This document shows, one piece after another, positions 1 through 12,096 of a DNA stretch of 51,574 nt. The first letter of the stretch is position 1. Each line of letters starts with the position of its first letter. The notes beneath the pieces were generated by a model. That model did not search any database. It had not been told where the DNA came from and saw nothing but the letters and a program-made list of their open reading frames with translations. Source of the DNA: Macrostomum lignano. Lineage: Eukaryota. The translations under genes and the position numbers were made by a program. The stretch lies in NCBI GenBank assembly GCA_002269645.1, contig NIVC01002710.1, positions 1 through 51,574 on the forward strand. Reading direction: 5' to 3'.

Positions 1-2087
1 TGGTGCGAATTGTATGTGAGGGCCCGCAACAGTACAGCGTCGGTAGGCACCTGGTTGTGTGCAGTAAGGATGTAGATATTGCAGATATTAAGCTTCAACA
101 GCTAGGATGTAAGGTTTAAAACAGGATATTGCACTCACTTTTGAAATAGCTCCAAGGAAGTCTGTGCACGCATAACTTCCACAAGCGACGCGCCTTCCAA
201 ACTTAGCCAAAAAATAGCGGAGCTCAACAGTAGCAGATGCAAATAATAGTCGCGGGTCGTAGGTCCTTAAGAAAGTCGCCAAGGACCATTGGACCGACTG
301 CAAAGGCCCAGACCGCGAACTCATGGCCACGGAAGCGGACAGCTCACGCAGTGACCGCAGATTTCTGCGGTGAACGCTTCGGGCACGATAATTTCGCCCA
401 CGACTGCGTCGATGTCATCCAGTCGCGAATGCAGGCCTGGAGTATCGGCATCTGGATCCGGCCGCTCTCTGCGCTGACAAAAAAGCTGCCGCAGAAGCCA
501 CTTCACTTGACCGATTTCAAGCTGATGCAAGCAGCACGGAGGGCAACCAGATGTGAAATCAAAGCCGTTTAGATTTCGCAAAGGGGAGACGGCTTTCACC
601 TGCATAAAATGTGTGGAAAAGCAGCTGTGTATGTATATGTACTTTTTACTCATTATAGCCAATAAAACATTACGTCTTACCCCAAGCACGTCGTCAGCAC
701 GCGGAGGAATATTTGCAGCTAGATGAAGCGTATCTCGCTTGCACCGGAGGGTCGTCACCCTGCAACCGGCACGTCTAGCAGCTCTCTGAGTGGTACTGGT
801 TATCGCCAGCGGGTAGTAACGACAGCCCCGTATTAGTGGGTGCGTCTCCATGTAGCATTTGTCGCAGCCGTAGCGTGCGTTGTAACGCTTAATGCCAATG
901 GCATCGGCGCGGACAGGGGCGTCGAATATCCCGATGAGCGGATGCAGGTAAATCTGGCGACAGGCACCGGTTTCGTCGGTGACTCGAATGCCCTCCTCGC
1001 GCAACATGTTGAGCATGGGCACCACCAACTGCAAGAAGCGCGAGGCTCGCAATGATTTTTTGCCCGACCACACGCCGCAGAGCACGACAAAGCGCATCTT
1101 AAGCTTGTCGGCTATCTCATTTATAACAAGATACACGGGGCAAACTTCAGCGCCGGATGATCTTGCGACCGCGAAGCTGTCCGTACATAGCGTGTATGAT
1201 AGGTCGCATCGATCGTGCGGCTGAATGCGCTGCATAAAATTTTGATACGCCATGCTCCCCGCGAAGCTTAGACAACCTGGAGTATATACTTGATCACAGG
1301 GAAAAGTGACGTGGCGCAGCAGCCCATTTTGATCAATCATAACACGCAGCTGGGGGCGAACATCAAGCACCCAAAATTTCACGAGGTGCGCCTGGCATTG
1401 CTCACAGCGCGCGCCAGCTGGTGCTTCTCCGATGTGACTCAAACTGCAGGAGCAGCACACGGAGTGGCAAGTCGCATTTTTAGGTCGAAAGCAACCCTTT
1501 GTAGGCGCAATTCCCAGTGCCTTGTCGAGCTGCTTTATTGTGCGGGGAGCATTGTTGCCCCTTGGCAAAAGTCTTTGAATCAATTGGAGTAGCGAGGTTG
1601 TCGACTTTCGGCGTAGCTTGCTTTTTCTACGAAAGGCCTCGATTGCTGCAGCTGCTTCACTAACAGTTATTGATGCTCCACCAAATAAAAGGTGATCTTG
1701 ACGAGTCGGTGGCGAATCAGCGGGACCGCCGCTGGCACCGGAAGGCGAAGCCCCGTCGGCCTGGGAATTATGCAGCGGCTCCTCCGATGCTGGCGAATCA
1801 GTGGGACCGCCGCTGGCACCGGAAGGCGAAGCCCCGTCGGCCTGGGAATTATGCAGCGGCTCCTCCGATGCTGGCGAATCAGCGGGACCGCCGCTGGCAC
1901 CGGAAGGCGAAGCCCCGTCGGCCTGGGAATTATGCAGCGGCTCCTCCGATGCTGGCGAATCAGCGGGACCGCCGCTGGCACCGGAAGGCAATGCTTCGTT
2001 GCGTCTTTGTTTTTTTATTTCTTTCTGGCGCTGCCTCCACTCCTGTTGCCGCTTTCTATTGGACTTCGGCATTTTGAGTAAAGACAT
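1..2087 (-). mobile_element. CMC-superfamily (CACTA/EnSpm/Mirage/Chapaev-like) DDE transposase gene; intron-containing, frameshifted near its 3' part, continues off the left edge
   Basis: ORF 321..2087 has the CMC motifs YTLCTDS..SS..VCPVYLVINE..RFVVLCGVWSGKK, GIFDAPVRA..YNARYGCDKC and FDF..PCCLHQLEIGQVKWLL. An in-frame 81-nt GT-AG intron (680..600) gives VLG|VKAVSPL. Downstream frames continue RSLRELS / FRGHEFAVWAFAVGPMVLGDFL / YYLHLLLLSSAIF..A..SLELF, then intron 138..51, then LY..RALTYNSH. Confidence 0.8.
1705..1990 (-). repeat. 81-bp coding tandem repeat (~3.5 copies; PSGASGGPADSPASEEPLHNSQADGAS) in the transposase N-terminus
   Basis: Near-identical 27-aa unit repeated in ORF 321..2087. 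Confidence 0.9.
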
Positions 2088-2644
2088 GCGTCGAACACAG
2101 CTGCGGGAGGGATTTACAACTCAAATTATTGCTTCAGCAATGAGAACAAAGTTAACTAAAGTAATTAAAGAAATAAAGCTGCTAAGAAATTATCCGAAAA
2201 TCAATGAGATGTCTGATCTGACTATTGATAGATATGACCCGACATATGATAGACACGAACTAAATTTTGATATACAATGCTGCTTAAACCCTAAATATAT
2301 GGACAGGAAAAACAGGATACAGGAAAATGGACACTAAGAGTGAAAATAAAGCACTAAACATAAACACAGTGATTGCAGATTCACACTGCATTTCAATAGT
2401 TTTAGACATCAGTATATTTGATATGGACACAATTTAATGTCAATTTTAATGTAGGCATGTACTAGTGTATAATATTACATAAGGCATGTAATACAAAGAG
2501 CCACCGGCAATGTAGACTGGCATAATTAAGCGGGTGGTGGAAGAGCCAGATCAAGCGACAGGGGATGGATGACTATGACACTCTTCAATCAGCAGACGGC
2601 GCCCAGACGCAGCGCCGCAGCATCTTATAGCACTTTATCCAAGT

Positions 2645-2850
2645 AAGGTGAAAAATGGGTAAATGTCGGTGAAAAATCGTGCCAAAACTCCACGGAACTT
2701 AAGCCGACTTTTCTCCGACAAAATGTAGGTGAAAATCGGGTAAACGTCGGTGAAAAATCGTGCCAAAACTGCACCGAACTTAAGCCGACTTTTCTTCGAC
2801 AAAATGTAGGTGAAAATCGGGTAAATGTCTGTGAAAAATCGTGCCAAAAC
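2645..2850. repeat. 81-bp tandem repeat (~2.5 copies), possibly subterminal repeats of the CMC element
   Basis: gaaaaatcgtgccaaaac recurs at 2671, 2752 and 2833. Assignment to the element is inference. Confidence 0.75.
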
Positions 2851-3764
2851 AATTCAGACTTTAGTCTGCTTTTATCGGCCTGAAAAACGAGCGAAAGTCG
2901 GGAAGAAATCGTGTATATTTCAGTCCGATAATCGAATCGTATAAAAATCGTGTGAAAATCGGGTTGATAATGATCAGACAGTTTGCAAGATGTCGGAGTT
3001 GGGTCCCAGCGGGACCCACCTCACGCCCCTGGGGCATCAACTCTCTCCATTCCTGCCCCATACGGCACCCAGCTTACGCCCCTGGGGCATCAAACCTCTC
3101 CATTATTAAAAAAAATTGGTCAGGCAACACGATTAATTTGTTGAAAGTATAACAAATAGAAACGCAAGACAGGAATTTTGTTTCTTGTCTTGCAGCATGC
3201 AGGAAGTTGGCGTTTTTATTAAAAGCAGAGAATTTTCACTTTTGCAAACACTACATTTACTAGCAGCAGAGTGGCATCGCTATTGACAAAAATATATTTA
3301 ATTGAATAAAATTGAACAGATGAAGCATAGGCAGTCAGCAGCCATGACACTTTGCTCTTGTCTGTTGGCGCCATTCCAAAAAACGCTGGGGAAAATGGGA
3401 AACGCGCGGCACAAATACATCGACTTAATTATTTCTCGAGGGTTTGAGCAAGACTGCTCAAATAATTCACACTAACTAAGATGAGAAACAGGACGCACAG
3501 ATCGAATAAATGCCATTATATTTGTGAATTAGCCAGGAACAGGCTGCTCCAATGCGAAAGATATCGGTATTGTTATATTATAACATCACAAAACTTTCAT
3601 TTATACTACTTTCAGTAAGTCAAGCGAGTAGTACAGATGGGAAATTCTGGGTCCAGCGACTACAGAATAAATAAAAGAAATTCCAATAGTTGCTATTTCG
3701 GCATAGGAATTTAAGAAGCCCCTACTCCCGGTACGGAAAAACACCAACTACCGATTTGGAGAGC

Positions 3765-4215
3765 TACATCCGGTTCAGTTCGAAAAGTTACTTCCGGTTC
3801 TGATAGTTACTTCCGGTTCAGAGTGCAACTTTTGGTCTGGAAAGCTACTTTCGGTTCGGAGAGCTACTTCCGGTCTGGAGCTACTTTCGGTTTGGAAAGC
3901 AACTTCCAGTTTGGAAAGCTACTTTCGGTTCGGAGAGCTACTTCCGGTTTGGAAAGCTGCTTTCGGTTCGGAGAGCTACTTCCGGTTTGGAAAGCTACTT
4001 TCGGTTCGGAGAGCTACTTCCGGTTTGGAAAGCTGCTTTCGGTTCGGAGAGCTACTTCCGGTTTGGAAAGCTACTTTCGGTTCGGAAAGCTACTTCCGGT
4101 CTGGAGCTACTTTCGGTTTGGAAAGCAACTTCCGGTTTGGAAAGCTACTTTCGGTTCGGAAAAGTACTTCCGGTTCGGAGAGCTACTTCCGGTTCGAATA
4201 ACTATTTCCGGTTTG
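3765..4215. repeat. 19-bp minisatellite (gagctacttccggttcgga) 3' of GTF2H1
   Basis: Degenerate tandem copies; same family as 4865..5670. Confidence 0.9.
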
Positions 4216-4289
4216 GACAGCTACACCCTTTACAAATCATACAATTTTTGCGGTAACTGCGAGTCAGCAGCCAGTTTGGGTGGCAGTTG

Positions 4290-6745
4290 TCACCGCTTAG
4301 GCTGCTTCTTGCTCAGCCATTGATCGTGCTTAGCAAAGGCGGTGCTCAGCAGGCTCCTGAGCTGGCTGACGGCTTCGGGCCGGCGCTGGGCCAGCGGCTG
4401 TATCCGGTCCGAGTCCAGCTTGGTCAGGGCGGCCCGCACCCTGGTCAGCTTGGCCTCCAGAGCGGCGCTGGTCACGGGGAAGCAGGCCCAGAAATGGCGC
4501 AGCAGCTCTGCAAGGGTGCGCGCCAAAGCGCGGATCTCCTCGATATGGGCACCAGAAGCCTGCTGCTGCGCCTCTTGACGGGCGCGCCTGGAGCCGGGGA
4601 CAACGCCGGACAGGCGGCCGCCAACAGACAGATCGCGCAGCGCCTCCACGGCCTCCTCGGCGGTGCAGGCTGACGATAGGCGCAGATTTGGCCAGGAGTC
4701 CAGGTGGTTGAGGCTGCGAGCCACTGCGCGGGACAGCTGAGGGTTGAAGAGGACAAAGGTGCGGTTCAAAGTCCAGGGTGTAAACCAAACTTAAGGAGTG
4801 GAAATTTAGACTGCCAGGGTCTGCTATAGAGTCAATAGGTGCAACTAAGAACCCAGCAACACTCGGAGAGCTACTTCCGGTTCGAAAATTTACTGCCCGT
4901 TTGAAGAGCCACTTCCGGTTCGGAGAGTCACTTCCAGTTCGGAGAACTACTTCCGGTTTGGAGAGCCACTTCTGGTTCGGAGAGCTACTTCCCGTTCGGA
5001 GAGCTACTTCTGGTTCGGAGAGACACTTCCGGTTCGGAAAGTTACTTCCGGTTCGGAAAGCTACTTCCGGTCTAGAAAGCTACTTTCAGTCTAGAAAGCT
5101 ACTTCCAGTCTGGAAAGCTACTTCTGATTCAGAGAGCTACTTCCGATTCGAAGAGCTACTTCCGATTCGGAGAGCTACTTTCGGTTCGGAGAGTCACTTC
5201 CGGTTCGGAAAGTTACTCCCGGTTCGGAAAGTTACTCCCGGTTCGAAAAGTTACTTCCCGTCTGAAAAGCTACTTTTGGTTCGGAGAGCCACTTCCGGTT
5301 TGGAACTACTTCTGGTTTGGAAAGCTATTTCTGGTCTGGAAAGCTTTTTCTGATTCAGAGAGCTTTTTCGGGTTCGGAGAGCTACTTCCGGTGGGGGGAG
5401 CTACTTCCCATTCAGAGAGTTACTTCCGGTTCGGAGAGCTACTTCCGGTTCGGAGAGCTTACTTCCGGTTCGGAGAGCTACTTCCGGTTCGGAGAGCTTA
5501 CTTCCGGTTCGAAGAGCTACTTCCGGTTCGGAGAGCTACTTCCGGTTCGGAGAGCTTACTTCCGGTTCGGAGAGCTACTTCCGGTTCGGAGAGCTACTTC
5601 CGGTTCGGAGAGCTACTTCCGGTTCGGAGAGCTACTTCCGGTTCGGAGAGCTACTTCCGGTTTGGAAAGTTACGTCCTACGGTGCAGACCAGTCTCAAGG
5701 GGAGTGTAAACTTAGACTCACAGGGGTGTGACCTAGAGTCAATAGGTGCAACAGAGCCCAGCAATCTGGCACGCTTGGCACAAAAATGACAGCTCTCACC
5801 TGAGCATCGGGCAGCCGAGAAGGCAGGTCACCAACAGGAGCCCCGCTACCGCTGCTGCCCTCGTCGCCGCCAGACTGCGCCGCGGGGCCGAACAGGTACC
5901 TCTCGATGCGCTCCAGCGCCATAGCGTCAGCTGCCGCCATCTCGGCCTCGGCCTCGTCCGCGCCAACGTCGCCCAGATCGTCAAACCGGGTGAGCTCGCG
6001 CAATTTCCTCCGCTTGCTGGCCAGCTGTCCGTCGTCGTTATCGCCGTCCCGATCGGCGCCAGCAGCGCTGGAAGCCGCAGCTGCCGCATCTCCGTTAGTC
6101 CCGTTGGTGGCGGCCGCTGCCGACCCGGACGTGTCCGGCTCCGACTGCAGCACCATCAGCGAGTGCTGGTTGCACCGCCGGATCAGCTGCTGCCCGCCAG
6201 TTGTCGACGAACTGCCGCCGCCAGCCGAAGCGCCGGTTGCTGCAGCGCCGCCGCCAACGGAGCTCGGCGCCTCCTCGTCCCTGTAGGTGTCCGCGTCCGC
6301 CAGCCGCGTGAGGTCCACGAACACGTCCGGGGTGATTCGCTCCATCACTCGGCGGAACGCGGCCTCGTCCTCGGCTGCGCAGTCGGCGAACACCTCGTCG
6401 CGGGCCACGTGCAGCCGGTCGCGGTGGAAGTAGTGGCTCTGGAAGAAGCGCAGCCAGAACTCCTGCTCGGAGACGGCCTGCGGCACCAGCTGCGCGTGCT
6501 TCCTGCGCACCGCCGGGTAGGTGGCGAAGATGGCCTGTATGATGTCGGCGGTGAGGCTGTACTTGAACCCGCCGTCCTGCGACACCGGCTTGATGGCCGA
6601 CAGAAAGTCCGCGCTGACGCCCGCCCGCTGCTGCTGCTGCTGGCTTGTCTGGGCCGCTGATGCCGACGAAGCTGACGAGGAAGCTGGCGCGGGCTGGGGA
6701 GGCTTCTGCTGCTGCCTGAGGATGGGGAGTCCGGGTTGGCTAGAC

Positions 6746-6820
<75 letters not shown>

Positions 6821-6845
6821 GAGATAGATAGAAAGACAGATAGAC

Positions 6846-6884
<39 letters not shown>

Positions 6885-6934
6885 AAGACAGATAGACAGA
6901 TAGATAGATAGACAGATAGACAGATAGATAGATG

Positions 6935-6965
<31 letters not shown>

Positions 6966-6975
6966 GGATAGATAG

Positions 6976-7006
<31 letters not shown>

Positions 7007-7017
7007 GATAGAAAGAC

Positions 7018-7068
<51 letters not shown>

Positions 7069-7694
7069 AAGACAGATAGATAGATGGATAGATAGATAGA
7101 TAGATAGATCTCACTGGACTTGCAAGGCGATTGTCAAGGACAACCACCAGACAGGACTGATCGGGCACGGGACAAACACACCAGACAGAACAGCAGCTAC
7201 TCGGTAAGCAGTACTCAAGAAACCCACCGGGGCTCTGCCAGGTGCTGGTAGGTGGACCAGAACTCGTCAGCTCCCACAATGCCGGTGGGCACCAGGTCCT
7301 TGTACAGCTGCAGCAGCTCCGGGTTGCGCTCCAACAGGCTGGTTTTGCCTTCAAATTCGGCGAATAAATGCTGACGGAATCTGGGCAGCAACTGCATGAG
7401 CAGCTCCTTGACTGCGTCCCGATCCTTGAGCTGCTGCTCGTGGCCAGCGGGGTTGCTGAACAGGAAAGTCTCCTTCACGCCCGAGTGCAGCTCCAGCTGC
7501 AGCTGCACTTTCTCCTTCTTCATCGGTGACACCAGCTGAGCTTTGACGTCCTGGTAAGCCACGGTCAGCTTGAGCAGGTCGCTGCGCTGACTGGACCAGC
7601 CAACCCGCGTGGCCATGAGGTACAGAGTGCCCTGAGTAGTCTTGTAGCGAACATGCTCAGTGCTCAGCAGGATCTCTTCCCCGCCGCCGGACAT
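4290..7694 (-). CDS. GTF2H1: TFIIH subunit p62 (PH domain plus BSD domains); exons 7694..7228, 6739..5800, 4736..4290 (617 aa)
   Basis: Exon 1 has [57 protein letters not shown]. Exon 2 has [44 protein letters not shown]. Exon 3 has [15 protein letters not shown] sites with matching phases (2, 0). Confidence 0.95.
4865..5670. repeat. 19-bp minisatellite in GTF2H1 intron 2
   Basis: (gagctacttccggttcgga)n with a homogeneous core near 5420-5660. Confidence 0.95.
6745..7109. repeat. (GATA)n microsatellite in GTF2H1 intron 1
   Basis: Long GATA/GACA run abutting the exon 2 acceptor. Confidence 0.98.
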
Positions 7695-9843
7695 CTCAGC
7701 TCAGCCTGATGATGGAGGAGAGGCTTGGGGTGGCTGGCCGCCACAGTGACAGACAATTCAGGCTGGGATTTGTATTGGGACTGGTGACAAATAAGTCGGA
7801 ATGAGGGAAGTTGAGCAGAAAGCAAAGTGGGCGGAATCATGAGCTCAGGCATTAAGATCCTGAGTTTTGGTAGAGAGCATTAATTATCCACTATTATACT
7901 CAAATTGCACAATAATGACACTAAGTCTTCAGTTGAATATTGTTATTATTTAAGGTCTCAATAAACAGTTTTTAATTTTACTCTTTTAGGCCAAGATAAA
8001 AAAATTGATTTATATTTTCAAACCAAAATGCCTAATTTAACTATACTCAGTTATGAAATCAGTTAATAAAATAAAATTTATAAAGCATGAATATCCAATA
8101 TGCCATTGCAAAGTATAGACTGGATGAATACTTATTTTAAAACTTAAAGACCAAATGCTTTCCCTACATATTGCTTTAAATTCAAATAGTCCTTGGTTGA
8201 CTCATTCCTTGCTCTGCTCTAGTCATGTTTTTAAATAAAAAACAAGTAAAACATTTTTGTAATATTCATTGTGTTATAACTGGTTATATAATCTTGAATC
8301 TAAAAAATACTTTTAAATTATTCCAACATTCCTCTATAAAATAGGTGCTAAGGTTAAAGATGATCAAGAAGTGGCCTAGCAAGTTGCAGTGAAAGAATTA
8401 TCTTCTATTATGTCATTATGACACTATGCCAGTGTATACTAGCATTACTAGTAGATAATAAGAATGCATACTAGTAAAAAGCAATAAATACTTATTCTTA
8501 GACTTATTTAGACCAATAATTAGACTATACATAGATCTATTCTAGACTTGTATATAGAAATTAACCCAAGGAATTCAGGTCTAACTAATAAATAAATTAT
8601 ATTAAAGATAACCTATCACAACTTTAGTGTTAATAGTAAAATATTAAAGAGAAAAAAAGAGGCTTATAACAATTTCATTTTACTTTTTAAGATTGAAGTA
8701 AAGCATTATGACAATTTTGGTATTAGCTATAGAATAGAAGAAAGATCTATTATATTATAGCTTTGATATTAATAGATAAAATTTATGAGACAAGGGAAAC
8801 CCTTAGCCCTAGGACAACTTTTGTGACAATAGTAGAATTGAAATAGACTTAGCATTAGGCCTATCATAGCATTGAGGGCAAAGGTAAGCCTAGAATATTC
8901 TTAAAATAATACAAAACCCTTATTAGGCCAACAATTTTGTCTTTGGCATCAGGTTTTGCAACAGAAATAACCCCTACTATATTATAAAGCCAAAATGTTG
9001 GGCTATTCTAGTTTTTTTATATTAGACATTTTTATCAATAGATAGAGGATAAAAGGTTAAAAAAATATTGAAAAGAAATTTATTAAGTAAAAAAATAAAT
9101 TAAAAATAATTTTAACAAACCTAATCTATAGGAAAGATATACAATATACAAGGGAAATTTCTATTATATATTGGCTTTACTTGTTATACCTATCAAATAT
9201 ATGATCAGGCCAAGTTATGTTTATAGCCATTGCATGCATTAAAAACTATTATAGGCCTATATAGCTATATTTGCAATAATAATTATTATATAGTATGACT
9301 TAGTCTAACTTAATGACTAATAAATATTTAGCTAAAATGATTATAACAATATTAATGCTAAGCTAATAGACAGTTAATAATTATTCAAAAAAGCATTAAT
9401 AAAAAAATTATATTATCGCTTTTAGAAAATGTTCTTTTTTGTACAATAGCTATAAAATAGTTTAAAATTTGAAGTCCATTAAAGTATTTTCCTTCTTTGT
9501 AAGCTCTAGAAAACTATAGCATTGGTAATGGTATTCTTATATTGTTTGCAATTTTTTAAATTAATTTTATTTTGCATTGCTTTTATATAATAATTTTGTT
9601 CTGGCTTTCTATTGTATCTCTCTATTAATTGAATTATATACAAAGTCCATTTTAAAATTTACCTTCTATTATGCAAAAACATGTTATTTCTTCCCATAGT
9701 TTGGATTATACATTAGTATACACCAGGTCTAATGTTGGAAAAAATTGAGAACATTTGTACAATAGAACAAAAATATATACTCTTGTCTTGATATATGCTA
9801 AGAAATCTTGGTATACATGTTACCTTCTAACATGCTTGGGCAT

Positions 9844-9991
9844 AACCTAGGGATTTACCCAGCCATTTCTATTGGCAACACACACATGTAAGTCGCTATT
9901 GGACGGAATAGTAGTCACGTGACTACTCTCAGCTAATAGTGACTTACATGTGTGTGTTGCCAATAGAAATGGCCAGGTGAATCCCTAGGTT
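9844..9991. mobile_element. 148-bp foldback (MITE-like) palindrome
   Basis: aacctagggatttacc..ccatttctattggcaacacacacatgtaagtcgctatt pairs with aatagtgacttacatgtgtgtgttgccaatagaaatgg..atccctaggtt. No clear TSD. Confidence 0.7.
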
Positions 9992-12096
9992 GCGCATATA
10001 TGCCTTCTAAGCTATAAATCTCTTTGACTATGGACATAATAGGCCTACAAACAAGTTTTTAGGCAAAAAAACATGGTGCCTAATAGGTAAAATACATTAG
10101 AAGGCCTACAAAAGTGTTGAAAATTTAAAATACAAAGTCTAAAGATTTTTTTCAAATTATAAGATAACCTTTTTATTGATCAATTTTCTAAAGTAAGGTG
10201 TCCTTATATTTGGACAAGTAAGATTTATCAAATAAAAAATAGGCCTATACTAAAAGTTATTTTCGAATTCTTACTGGAGTCCCTACTGTGGCCACTAGGC
10301 ATAAAGCAAATAGTAGCTAGGCCTAGCCATGATTGCAATTTATTCATATTTTAAAACTCAATGACAATAAAAGTTTGACTCAATTAAAATTTTAACAAAG
10401 CACCAACCATCATTTTAGGCCTATTAGGACATGAAAGTCTTCCAAAGTAGTGCTGTAATATAGTGAACTTAGTGTACTATATATAAAGTCATGAACAAAA
10501 AACAAGGCATTGAATTAGGTCAGGGCTATTAGTTAGTATTATTACTAGGGCAACTCGGCCAGCTGGCCAGGGCAAGGGGCAATAAGAATTTAGCTTTTTC
10601 TTTTCATTTATTTTATAAAAGTAACATAAGTAGGCCTTAGTAATATCATATAATATCAAATAGTCGTCGCTAGCAAATATTACATATGATTCAGATTCTC
10701 TTGCGGCAGTCGGGTTACCACCTTGTTTATTGAAATTTCATAGTAATAATATTTACACACCGTCGATAGTAAATTTTTTGTGAATTTAATTGCGTGCCCC
10801 CAACTCCCGGAAATTTTTCGCGTTGCTTTCCCAACGTTTGTTTAATACGTCACCTTCCCGTATGTTGACTTTGTTCGTCCTTGTCTTGTCCTTCTATTTT
10901 GTCCCACTGATGAATCGATGCTTTCCCACTCTTGTTTGCTGAATTTTGCCGTTTATTTCTGCGCTATTTGTTTTTTCTCAACCCTGTGCCCACTTCCTTG
11001 TCCAACCTGCTGCCCAACTGCCCGTCCAAGTCTCGTCCTTGTTGTTGAATTTTTGTAAACCTATTTATTGCGAGTCTCAGGCTCTTCTGCCAAAAACCTC
11101 CCCCTCCTTCCTTCTCGCAACCACCCGTGACCTTTGCGTTCAGTGAAGTTAAGTTAGAGTTGAGCCTGCGATAATATTTTAGTTTTCATTTAAGCTACTA
11201 GCAGCCGCACTTCACTTATTTATAGCGCACCGCGGCTCTGCTCGTTGTATTATTAGTCGACCTAAATACTTAATACCTGACTTCTAAACTAATTTATTTC
11301 TTAATATTCACTAACAACAATAAATAATAATAATAACAATCATCAGTAACTTTATTTTCGTCAATCAATTAATTAAGCCCATAGCCTATCTTGAGTCTTT
11401 GACCGCGGGGCGTAAAATAACCAAATAATTCTCATCTCAAAGAAAGCTCTGAGAATAGCTTCGTTCCGCAATTCGAGAATTACGGTGGTGGCAGCTTTAC
11501 CCTACTGAAAGTAATCAGCTCAACAAATCGACGCATTAATTTACGGTGTCAGGATCTCCGGTGTTACCATTTTGAACGACCGTGCCGCTAAAAGACCGCT
11601 CGCCTACGATTGAAACTACCCTCCCCCCGGAATTTGAGGACCCCGACTGTCGGAGTAAAACAGGAGAAAGAATTTCGTTGTGATTCGTCTGCGCGACTTT
11701 TCCGGATTTATTCGTGCGAATGCAACATCGACCGGTTTTCCAAGAAAACCCACTACAAAAATTCCACTATTTTTTCTCCACCCCACCTCACTCTCTTACG
11801 AACTATAGTTCTTCGAAACATCACAAAATTTTGTCAAAAAGAAAGATTTAACAAACTCAATTTAGTATGATTAAATAAATCAATATGCATTATTTGCAGG
11901 ATGGCTGTGAAATCACTGGTGCAACGCCTTATTGAAATCGTTCCAAACCATAATTAGCGCTTTGGCGCCAATTTTCCGTTGACTGAGCACATACAAAGCG
12001 CACAGATTAGCCTACTGCACGCAGGCACGCACCGTAGTGATGCACAAGCTCATACAGATTGTACTTGTACAGCGGCCCTGACTGTATAATCGTCAG

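Noticed and set aside
10780-11900. Moderate-GC stretch that might be an ncRNA (SL/snRNA) or a retroelement fragment
   Set aside because: No recognisable Sm site, tRNA fold, RT motif or convincing ORF.
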